Assembly: GCA_965644265.1 (NCBI GenBank)
Contig: OZ286471.1
Location: 46,624,001-46,688,000, forward strand
Length of the DNA: 64,000 bases
Origin: Glycera tridactyla
Lineage: Eukaryota
Reading direction: 5' to 3'
This document shows positions 12,701 through 25,200 of this stretch, in pieces; position 1 is the first letter of the stretch, and each line of letters opens with the position of its first letter. Position numbers and translations under genes: made by a program. The notes below the pieces were generated by a model that worked only from the letters and a program-made list of their open reading frames with translations, did no database searches and was not told where the DNA came from.

Positions 12701-15700
12701 TTTTCATATAAGGGTGTTCAGTATGACTCCTGTACCATTGTGGATAATGGGCGTACCCCATGGTGCTACACATCAGAAGATCGTCAGTGGGGAAACTGTG
12801 CAGGTACATGTTCAAATTGGATTATTTTGACAGGCATGGGTGCTCAAACTCGATGCACATTTGGGAATTCAAAATGTGCATTTTTTGAAATTGATTTTCT
12901 AGTTAGATTTGGTGTATCACGCACCAAAGCGAGTGAGGTTTGATAGGATAGGTTCGAAAGCATGTGAAGTTTGTTTGTATAGGTCATATTGTTGGTCGTT
13001 CATCAATTTCATCATGTAGCGCACACCACACTCTTCAATTTGACGATATGGTTGTTTTTGTGAGGACTGTACCATATCTCTGAATACCAAAGAAAGTATT
13101 GTTTTAGCTGATTGTTTGTTCCGAAATGATGTTTATTTATATGAGTATTGAACCTCGTTCAATTGGCTAAAAATCGTAGTTTGGATTGCTATACACATTT
13201 CAACGTGTGGTCACTGGCCAGAACAGGATACTCACAGACTTCTCTATGCATTACAGATACAATATGTGGTCCATCTCCTCCGACTACCGACTCCTTGACT
13301 ACCACTGCTCAACCCTCATCCGAAATCCCTTTTTCAACTCAGGAATCAACCACATCCAGCACTGTGATGCAGTCCACCACAACTGAACAGTGTTATGTTT
13401 ATACGAGTGGTGGTACTGCTCCAGACAACTCTGTGTGTTTCTTCCCCTTTCTATATAAGGGTAAAGCATATACCGAATGTATCACACAAAATAACAGAGG
13501 AACGCCATGGTGTTACACATCATCCGATGATGGCAGTTGGGGAAATTGCCAAGGTATGGCTCATCCATGCGTATTCTAATTGAATGTGCATACGATCATG
13601 GAACTTTAATTGTTCGAGAGAGTAACAAATACACCATCTGAAACTGTCAGTCAGAAATGGGGATGGTTCGAATTTGGTCATTATTTCTGTATTATGAAGA
13701 AAAACGATGAATCATTAACTGCTTCACAAATAAAAGCAAGATCCCTGCATTATATCCTTTATTTACCAGCAATTCAACTTGGTATATTTCCATGGAGTTT
13801 GGTCGAAAACATTCAGGGATGGCTAGTGATATTATTCTTATGATAACAATATGATAAAAAAATTCTGTTCATCCAGAAAATAGGCTTGCTCATATTCACA
13901 ATTGCAATGGCCAATCTCTGTTTCATTCGCACTGATGGGAAAGACCAGTTATGGAAACATTTGGGAATGATTGTCACTAGTGTTCTATTGTAACCGAGTA
14001 CGCCCATCGCAGATTACTATGTGATCTTTTGCTAATTTACGACCTTTACAATGTATGAATACATCCTTTCCAGAGGAGGTCTGTGGGTCATTTGTAAGAA
14101 CACCAACTACAAATCTACCTACATCTAGAGAAACAACATCAAGCATATTGATTGAAACAACATCAAGCATATTGACTGAAACGACACCAACACTTGAACT
14201 CAGTACAACAACAAAATCCACGACGAGGTATCATACTACTTTGCTGACCACAGAAGCAGGGACACCTTTGCCTTCCTACTTCAAGCCATGTGTCACCCCC
14301 ACAAGTGGGGGTACAGCAGGGGGCTCCATATGTCTATTCCCTTTCCGCTACCGTGGACGTACCTTCTCCAGTTGTACTGCTCAAAATAACGATGGAGTGG
14401 CATGGTGCTACACAGTGCCAAATGAAGCCGGTGATAGCTTATGGGGGAATTGTCTAGGTAGGTAGGATTCACATATTCAGATATAATCAGTGAATGCTGT
14501 GCTATATAATATAGAGGGAGATCAGGGTAGACATGTGAGTATGGGTATAGTTTTTGCTAGAAGTCAAGTGATACTGGGTAGTTCGAATTTAATAACTGGC
14601 GGAAAAAGGTTCAACATCTTCAAGATGAGAGCCACTATCACAGGAAAGATTGGTAGTGTCAATACACATATTTTTCTGCTCTATACCTGAAATATCAAGA
14701 GTGTTGACTTGTATAGTCGAGTCAATTCAGAGGAGACTCTCCATATGTTTATGTTGAGACATGAATGTCAGCAGAAAGACCTCAAATCATATGCTTAAGT
14801 AGAGGGATTATGTAGAAAGGTTATGGAAGAATACAATCTTGTATGTTGCCCATTTTTATTCTTTCAGAGGAGACCTGCTGCTATACCCCTGCACTGGGTG
14901 GCACAGCAAATGTAGGCATCTGTCTATTCCCGTTCACGTATAAGGGTAGAACATACAGCAACTGTGTGACCAGGGATAATGGAGGCATTCCTTGGTGCTA
15001 CACATCCTCCTCCTACAAGGAGGACAAGTTATGGGCAAACTGCAGAGGTAGCGATTTTCATACGATCAATTCGATTAGGAAACCGAAAAAAATGTAGAGA
15101 TTATATCCATCAAAGATACACATGAAATATTATCCATGCTCGAGTATTCAGATATCAACAGCATGCTGTCCACCAAACCATATCAACCATAAATGTGTGA
15201 TTTCACTCATTTCTTCACCCTTGCTAATGAAGGCCTCGGTTTGACCACGGATCTGTGAAAATAGCCAATTTCCACAACTGTGTTGAAAATGTCATTCGTA
15301 GAAATAGACTTATCTTTTGTCTACCCTACTCAGGACGAACATAGACAATACATTTAACATACAGTCGAACCTCCACTGACGACCACCTCCATAGAGCAAC
15401 CAACGCCTCGTAACGACCACCCATGACCGGCACCGACGTCTTTCACAGCATATTTGACCTCTATATAGCAAACACCTCCCAACTTCAACCAGCGACCGCC
15501 GTGTTTGGTTGGCGAACCTCCCAATAACAACCGCTCATGGCCGGGCAGCCAGCATCGCGGTATCCGAAAGCAGGAGATGCACTCAAACCCTGTTCGCTCG
15601 CGCTCACCTTCCGCTGCCAATCACTTACCCCTTCCAGTAGCCGCCTCAGCTCCACGTGAGACTTTGAAATGCGCTCAGATGCTCACTTGCTCAGCACAGC

Positions 15701-18700
15701 ATCTTCTGCCAGCAAGCAGTTAGCAGTCAGTACCCCCACCTCCTATTCTAGCGACCACCTCGGCTGCAGCTGAGATCATGAAATGTGCTCAGATGCTCGC
15801 TTGCTCGCTGCCCACATTCTTGTGCCACTCACCTTCTTTTAACTTTTTCATGTTTGAATGCAAAATGGACTATATATTTCGTGAGAGAACCACGTCGAAA
15901 TAGCGGACTTCATCACATGCAGACAAGCACATGTTTCGTGCGGACTCAAGTCAAATGGCGATGCACAACTGGGTCTCCTAAGGTATCCTATGAATTTGTC
16001 TTGTTTACAATGATGGTAGACAATGAACTTGCTCTTCCAGCGTGAAGACCGAATCTATCACGTTCCTGGCGAAAATGTCGATATTTCGTCAAATTGTATT
16101 GTAATAGTTGTGAAAGCAACTGACACACATCGATTTGGCAATATTTATTGATAATCGCGAAACCTATGGAACGCCATTGGGGACTTTATTCACCATTTAG
16201 GGTTCTCCCTAATTCGATTTATGGAGAACCATATTTATTTAGGGAGATCCATAAATCATTTAGGGTGTTCCTTAAATCGAATTATGGAGAACCCTAATTA
16301 TTCGAGTATTTAGTGATCTCCCTAAATCGAATTATGGTTCTCACTAAATCAGAATTATGGAGAACCATAAATCGATTTAGGGAAAACCATAAAATGAGAA
16401 ATGAGCTGGTCGAATTAGTGATTTCCCTCCTTGAATTATGGTGATCCCATATTGAATAATGGATTTCGGTATCAAACTCCAAGGATTGCCACGACATTTA
16501 GTGAGAACCATAAATCAATTATGGTATACCCTAAATCACGACTATATGCCAATATCCATATATCATTTAGGGAGTTCCATAAATGAATTATGGAACACCC
16601 TAAATCGAATTAGGGATCTCCCTAAATCGATTTATGGAGTTCCCTAAATCAGGCCAGCCCATGGTGCTGCCATCTTACTTCAAATGAGGGCATTTAGGGA
16701 GATCCCTAATTCGATTTAGTGATCTCCATTAAACGATTTATGGTATTCCTTAATTCATGCCAGTCTATGGTGGTGCCATCTCACTTCAAATGTAGGCATT
16801 TAGGAAGATCCCTAATTCGATTTAGTGATCTCCATAAATCGATTTATGGTTTTCCATAATTCGAATTAGGGATCTCCCTAAATCAATTTATGGAGTTCCC
16901 TAAATCAGGCCAGCCCATGGTGCTGCCATCTTACATCAAATGAAGGCATTTAGGGAGATCCCTTATTCGATTTAGTGATCTCCATAAATCGATTTATGGT
17001 ATTCCTTAATTCATGCCAGTCTATGGTGGTGCCATCTCACTTCAAATGTAGGCATTTAGGGAGATCCCTAATTCGATTTAGTGATCTCCATAAATCGATC
17101 TATGGTTTTCCATAATTCGAATTAGGGATCTCCCTAAATCAATTTATGGAGTTCCCTAAATCAGGCCAGCCCATGGTGCTGCCATCTTACATCAAATGAA
17201 GGCATTTAGGGAGATCCCTAATTCGATTTAGTGATCTCCATTAATCGATTTATGGTTTTCCATAATTCGAATTAGGGATCTCCCTAAATCAATTTATGGA
17301 GTTCCCTAAATCAGGCCAGCCCATGGTGCTGCCATCTTACATCAAATGAAGGCATTTAGGGAGATCCCTAATTCGATTTAGTGATCTCCATTAATCGATT
17401 TATGGTTTTCCATAATTCGAATTAGGGATCTCCCTAAATCAATTTATGGAATTCCCTAAATCAGGCCAGCCCATGGTGCTGCCATCTTACATCAAACAAA
17501 GGCATTTAGGGAGATCCCTAATTCGATTTAGTGATCTCCATACATCGATTTATGGTTTTCCATAATTCGAACTAGGGATCTCCCTGAATCAATTTATGGA
17601 GTTCCCTTAATCAGGCCAGCCCATGGTGCTGCCATCTTACTTCAAATGAAGGCATTTAGGGAGATCCCTAATTCGATTTAGTGATCTCCATAAATCGATT
17701 TATGGTTTTCCATAATTCGAATTAGGGATCTCCCTGAATCAATTTATGGAGTTCCCTTAATCAGGCCAGCCCATGGTGCTGCCATCTTACTTCAAATGAA
17801 GGCATTTAGGGAGATCCCTAATTCGATTTAGTGATCTCCATAAATCGATTTATGGTTTTCCATAATTCGAATTAGGGATCTCCCTAAATCAATTTATGGA
17901 GTTCCCTAAATCAGGCCAGCCCATGGTGCTGCCATCTTACTTCAAATGAAGGCATTTAAGGAGATCCCTAATTCGATTTATGGTATTCCATAATTCGATT
18001 TATGGTATTCCATAATTCGATTTAGGGATCACCCTAAATCGAATTAGGGATCTCCCTAAATGCCTCCATTTGATGTAAGATGGCAGCACCATGGGCTGGC
18101 CTGATCTAGGGAACTCCATAAATTGATTTAGGGAGATCCCTAAATCGAATTATGGAATACCATAAATCGAATTATGGAATACCATAAATCGAATTAGGGA
18201 TCTCCCTGAATGCCTCCATTTGAAGTAAGATGGCAGCACCATGGGCTGGCCTGATTTAGGGAACTCCATAAATTGATTTAGGGAGATCCCTAAATCGATT
18301 TAGGGTGATCACTAATTCAAATTATGGAAAACCATAAATCGATTTATGGAGATCACTAAATCGAATTAGGGAACTCCATAAATTGATTTAGGGAGATCCT
18401 TAAATCGATTTAGGGTGATCCCTAAATCGAATTATGGGAAAACAATAAATTGATTCATGGAGATCACTAAATCGAATTAGGGATCTCCCTAAATGCCTAC
18501 ATTTGAAGTGAGATGGCACCTCCATTGACTGACTTGAATTGAGGAATACCATAAATCGATTTATGGAGATCACTAAATCGAATTAGGGATCTCCCTAAAT
18601 GTCTTTATTTGAAATAAGATGGCAGCACTATGGGCAGGCCTGATGTAGGGAACTCCATAAATTGATTTAGGGAGATCCCTAAATCTATTAAGGGTTCTCC

Positions 18701-21700
18701 CTAATTCGAATTATGGAAAACCATATTTCATTCAGGAAAAACCATAAATGATTTATGGTTCTCCCTATATCTCCGAATTAGGGATCTCCATAAATGATTT
18801 ATGGAGAACCCTAAATAGATTTAGTGATCTCCATAATTATTTAGGGTTTACCCTAATTCATTTATGGAACACGCTAAATGATTTATGGATCTCCCTAAAT
18901 AAATATGGTTCTCCATAAATCGAATTAGGGAGAACCCTAAATGGTGAATAAAGTCCCCAATGGCGTTCCATAGAAACCGGGTTCTTCTTTGCATGGAGAT
19001 GGAAAGATGTTGTACACGCCTAATGTCACTTGCCGACCACAGACGGATTTGAATGTATTTTTCATCACAACCTCTCCATAACGGCCACCTCCCTATAACG
19101 ACCACTTTTGCGTATGACTGGGGGTGGTCGTTATAAGGAGGTTGGACTGTAATCTGAATTACTAGATAGGAGCAGGGAATGACGCTACTCATGATTGTCT
19201 CACTCATACCGGTTGTTTCGAAATCTGTCATATACAAGTTGTTTGGATTGTGATTAATCGACTACAAGAAGTGAACTGTCCTCATTTGCAGAGGAAATAT
19301 GTGACCAGCAAACAACCACCTCGATTTCGACACCCGATCTAACTTCAACAACCAAACCGACACCCGATGTATCTTCAACGATCAAACTGACAAGAGCTAC
19401 ACCATCAACGACAGTGGCAGCTACAAGTTCGCCCCTTACTGTAACTACAGAAATTCCGCAGTTCCCGAGTTCTCTGTCATCAAGGCCAACATCCGAAGCA
19501 ACATACACCAAAGATTCTGTCACAGTACCAACAGTATTCCAGGACTGTATTGTCCCTACTACTGGGGGTACAGCGAATTCCTCTTTCTGTGTGTTTCCAT
19601 TCGACTACAAGGGTCGAATCTATTACGAATGTACCATCAAGGATAATGGAGGAGAACCATGGTGTTACACGCTGCCTGGCAATAATGGAGAAAGGCTATG
19701 GGGCAATTGTTTGGGTACGTTATAGGGTCATAACGTTGGGTATCAGCTATCAGGGTCCCTTATCATTTCTCAGAGGCAGATATCAACATGAATGAAGATC
19801 TTTACACATTTACCAGCCGATCAAACTCGGCATAGGACCTCTTCTGGCATCAACCCGCACTTGTTGGATAATCAAAATGTGTAACACTAGTAGATAATAA
19901 TTCTTATCCGAGGAAAATCGCATTGGAGGTAGAATAACGAGCGAAAGGCACTTCATTCAGATGATTGAACCTTTCATACAAGAGAGCCAGATGTATTGCA
20001 TATCACTCATCTTTTGACCAAAAGGTCAGGATCAATATCTACATATGCTCGTCCATTCTTTCAAAGGAGAATCGCTGTTATCGTCCCGTGATTGGAGGGA
20101 CCGTTGATCAAGGAATATCTTACTCTCATCTCAAATACAAGGGAGACACACAGTACACGTGTGCTATAAGAGACAGTGCAGGGGTGCCTTAGTGCTACAC
20201 CACAGAAACCTACCAGACAGACCGCATCTGGGAAAATTGTTTAAATACCATTTCACATTACACTCTTCTCGAAAAACACCAGAGTAGTTTTCCTTGGTTC
20301 CACCCAAACTCTGCCATTGGGGACTAAATACTGACTTCTGGTACTAGATGTCATTGAAAAGCGGAATTCAGAACTCATGTAGCAATAGGTACCAATATCT
20401 TTCATGAATTCGGATACCCACTGACCACAAACATTGAGTACTTTCACACAAAATATATGCAGTGAGGCAGAGTAATGATATAAGTATGAGCACAGGGAAA
20501 ATGGCATGTATGAAGCAACATGTCATAGTACTGGATTCCTGATAGACTGGATAGAATGTGCATACTTGCAGCTGTCATCTATAGTGGATTCCATCACTTT
20601 AGTAGGATAGTTTTAGGATCATAACGAATGGCACACACCAAATTGTTGAGTATTACAAGTGGGTGTCACAAATAGTTGAGCGATATATGTTGAGTGATAT
20701 GTCATTCAGGCAGTCACCTCAGTCATTGATGTAGTTTGCGGATTTTCTTCTTGCAGCTGAGGTCTGTGGGACTGATTCAACTATCAAGCAAATACCTACC
20801 ACTAGGCTGCCATTACCCTCTACCACGGTTTCTCTATCGACTGCCACTTCTGAAACTCGCATATCAACAATGGGTAGCACGCTAGTTGACTGTGAAACGA
20901 GTGTAATTCTCACAAATGGCGGAACTGCAGGAGAATCTACCTGCTTCTTCCCCTTCCTCTATAAGAAGATTATCTACACATCGTGTGCCACCATAGACAA
21001 CAATGGTGTGCCATGGTGTTACACAACTCCAACTTATGCAGTCGATCAACTCTGGAGCAATTGCATAGGTACTCTTTGTCTTTTTTTATATCACATATCA
21101 TCATTGATGAAATCTAATGAATCTATTGCAGAACAGATACGGCAATCATTTTAGGGATTTGTCCGGCCTATCCACCTGATCTTTATGGATTCTTCATTGT
21201 TATGTTCCAACGAGACTTCAAATTTGGATGCAGTTCGATAGAGCATTTTCCAATCACTCGGACCATTTCATCATCATCTGAAATCCAACCTGGTATCGAT
21301 CATGATTCCATGATAACATCGGGAGAAACACTATTGTTGATTGTCAGCACTGGCCAGATATTCGACAATCAGGGCTATTTCTCGAAAACAAAACACCTGG
21401 GATTGGACGTTAGTGTCACGAAACCAATCAATTTTATACGATAAGCTGTCATCCTGCTCTCTCCCATCCACAATATTCTTCGTTGTCTGAGAGAATCTCG
21501 AAACCATTTCAGATGAAATATGTCGCGGGATGGTAACATATGGTGGCACAGATGGCGAAGGCTACTGTTTGTTCCCATTTTTCCGTAGAGGAACCACATA
21601 TGATGCCTGTACCACACATGACAATTATGGGGTCCTTTGGTGTTAGACCATGACGACAGCGCCGAGGCCCTGGGGGAATTGTCTAGGTATATAGTATGTA

Positions 21701-22261
21701 ATATAGACATCATACTTTCGTAAGCCGCATCTAATCCATTGAGCAATGCTCCATCTCAGAAGGCGATACTATCAAAATTTGTGGTGTGTCTTTCTGCTGC
21801 AGTATAAATATATTGTGTGCGTCTTCCAAACCATTGGACCTCAAGTGTGGACCTCAAATGATTTTTGGTGCGGCTCCATGCGAGACCTATGATTTTATGG
21901 TCAAAATAGTAGCGGACAGATTTGATGGCCACCATGGATATTTGATCATCTTTATGTGTTATTCTCGTGGTCTCAGGATGACTTTTAGACAACTCCGTTT
22001 GGTAAGAAGGAAAGGCATAGTTGCATAAATTCTGCTATCATTGCTGGGGAAACATATGTTGGATGGTCACTCCTTATGTACTCAATATGTTTTTTCATCA
22101 TTCAGCTAGCACATTCTTTTGCTTGCATCGCTCGAACTGACCAAACGTTGTCAAACTTTAATGCCAAACTCCAACTCAATATTTTTTGTAGCGGATCCCT
22201 GTCTGACTCCCGGAACAACAATGGAAGCAACTTCATCATCAACAATAACAACAACACCAGC

Positions 22262-22292
<31 letters not shown>

Positions 22293-25200
22293 TTTACGAA
22301 GGCTATGTCAGCTACACCTGAAATTCGGTCAACATGGACAGCTACAGATATTGAAAGTAGTACTAGTTTAACAACGACAACTACTTCTACCACACCAATA
22401 CCAGATAACTGCTATATTCTGACCACTGGAGGGAGTGCTAGTGGATCAGCTTGTGTATTTCCATTCAAATACAAAGGAATCACTTACAGTGGCTGCATCA
22501 CACTAGATAATAGTGGTATACCATGGTGTTCTACATCAGCTGATTTTGAAGCTGACCGTCTTTGGGGAAACTGCCGAGGTGATCAATTTATCTACTATGG
22601 CTTTCTATAGTTGATGTAATGTAGTGCTAACAAAGCTTCAACTTACTTCAATATATTGAATACAAATATATATGTTTACTTCAGTAAGTGATGAGCTATT
22701 CATGGACATATCTCCCGTCACCACATTAGATATATATATAGAATATGGACAAATCATTGAAACTTCCTAGTTTCACTTGTTCGAAGGATTACCATCAATA
22801 ATGGTTTTGCTTTTACAGTCTCACAACCATCATCAGTGTTTACATCGACTGTATAATGCCTTGAGGTTCTTTGAATTTCATGAATTTTCTTTTCTCACTG
22901 GAGACCCAGAAGGAGGAGTATAGAATGATCCCACTCAAAACCATTTTGCATGGACTTCATAATATTGCACATATGGAACTAATATATCGTCGGGCTCAAC
23001 GAACCAACGAACAAAATTCATCGGTATCTCTTTGCTGCATCATATTTACTGGCAATTGATTCATCTAAAAGTTCACTCTCCTCTAATTTGCAGGAGGTCA
23101 GGTTTGACAGGAAAGAATCCTTTTAGGGCCAATATCTGCTACGACTGCTGTAATGAATCTGTAACATTTCATGAGAATCTCAGAGAATCTCAGTCTTCAC
23201 GAAAATCTCAGTCTTCACGAAAAACTTTTTCAGCCACTCTCCCGTCGGGAGAGCAGACTGGAATAATCACTCTCCCGAAAATAAATTCACTCTCCCGAAT
23301 TAGTTCAAATTGTGTAAGGAAAACAAGCCCAAAATAAGCTATCTTGGGAGCGAGTTATTTGTGTGAGTAAATGCCTTATCATGACGTGATCCATTATGAG
23401 ATTGACTATCTAAACACCAATCTTTTTTGTTCAGGTCCGTACTTCAGAATCAAAATGTGCAGGTATATATGCAAAGTAATCTTGCAGGTGATAGGATTTT
23501 TTGTCCCAGGAGTCAAAATCGCGTGGTTCTGTCTTCACAATAAGTTCATGACTTTATGATCAATTGAGAAATTTACACTCTCCCATCGGGAGATTGAGTT
23601 TAGTCTTTTCACTCTCCCGAAACCAAATTCACCCTCCCCGGGTTTCGGGAGAATGGCTAAATTCGAAGACTGTGAGATATATGAGGCTTATGGCTGAGAT
23701 AATCTCAGGATAGTTGATGAGCATCAGGATTCCCTGTGAGATTCAATTTTTAGAGGGCGGTTGACTAAAGGCTAATATGGAAATATTTTGCAATAAATAT
23801 CAGACATAGCTGTAGGAGCAAGTTCCATACGGGAGTGATGATTACAANNNNNNNNNNNNNNNNNNNNNNNNNNNNNNNNNNNNNNNNNNNNNNNNNNNNN
23901 NNNNNNNNNNNNNNNNNNNNNNNNNNNNNNNNNNNNNNNNNNNNNNNNNNNNNNNNNNNNNNNNNNNNNNNNNNNNNNNNNNNNNNNNNNTGACACACAT
24001 CGTTCCATCTGCCGCTTGTTTGTTTTCTTTTTGAATCTTCCATCGGAAGTCATACATAGAAAGCAATGACGGAAACATATTCTTTAGGCTCGTCATCCAT
24101 ATGAATGTTTGCTTGGACCAGAAAAGAAGTGAAGCAGCAAATCAGGAGAACTCCTGACATCTCTATATAATTGGTTTCAACATATCACAGATTTTCCGGA
24201 TATCCAAATGCGTTCTTTTGATTTCCCTGTCCTTTGGGGCTTGCAAGAAAGTTTGAAGCATTTTTGAACTATATCCAGGTCCTCTCAAAGAGACATTCTT
24301 TTGTGAGTCGGAATGTATATCCTCATTTGAGCTCACTGAATTCATATTCCCTTCAGCTTCCTGTATTGGTTCAGTGGACTAATCCACTCTCGCGGGAAAG
24401 GCGAATTCTGCTGTCCAGTATTATGATGATTGAGTGCAGAAAGTTCCTGCTCACTCTAATCAATTTCTCATACAAGCAATTACCCCTTTCTCGTTCCCAA
24501 AGAGTATCTATATCTTTCCAATATTGGTGATCGTTGTTCATATGTTATCATGAAGGAGAATGCTTATATTCTCACAGCAGCCTAGCCATGCGTTTCACAT
24601 GCTAATCTGGGGCTATAGAATGTTCGGTAACAGGGACATGAATGAACTGGCCCTTCACTTCACGGGGAACCCTCACATACCGGTAGGTAGAACCACTGCT
24701 GCCTATATGTGGCGCGAGGAATGCACTTTTATACATGGGAACAGAGACCGTGACGACACTAACATATCACGAAGGGTAATATCGTGTCTAACTGCACATA
24801 CATCTAACGCACATGTACTAAACATCTACTAATATTTTGATATTGTCAATCAGACCGCCAATTTATATACTCAGCATATTTGTTGATTGCACCCATCCTA
24901 GGCAATATTTGAGACTGTGACGAATGAATGCATTATCATATTCGGGCATTATTGTAAGCTTGTGTGATATGACTTCACTACTTGGATGAGTTATATATGC
25001 ACAATTTCGCTATACACAGCGAATTTTAATAAGAAAACTAAGAATTAAAGGCTAAATCGTGTACTGAAATAACCGATCACGAAAATGATAATATCGCGCC
25101 AATTCTTCGGTATTTGATATGACCATAGTTGCGATCCATTCTGACTTGATTATGACGAAAAGTGAAACCTGATGTTACAGATCCAGTATGTGGATCGATT

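Noticed and set aside
15354-16045. GC-richer intronic block with several short ORFs
   Set aside because: Probably a transposon fragment, but I recognise no domain and no termini.
16646-18700. Regular repeat array as a CRISPR locus
   Set aside because: The units are contiguous near-identical satellites with no unique spacers, sit inside a TIR element in eukaryotic DNA, and no cas genes are present.
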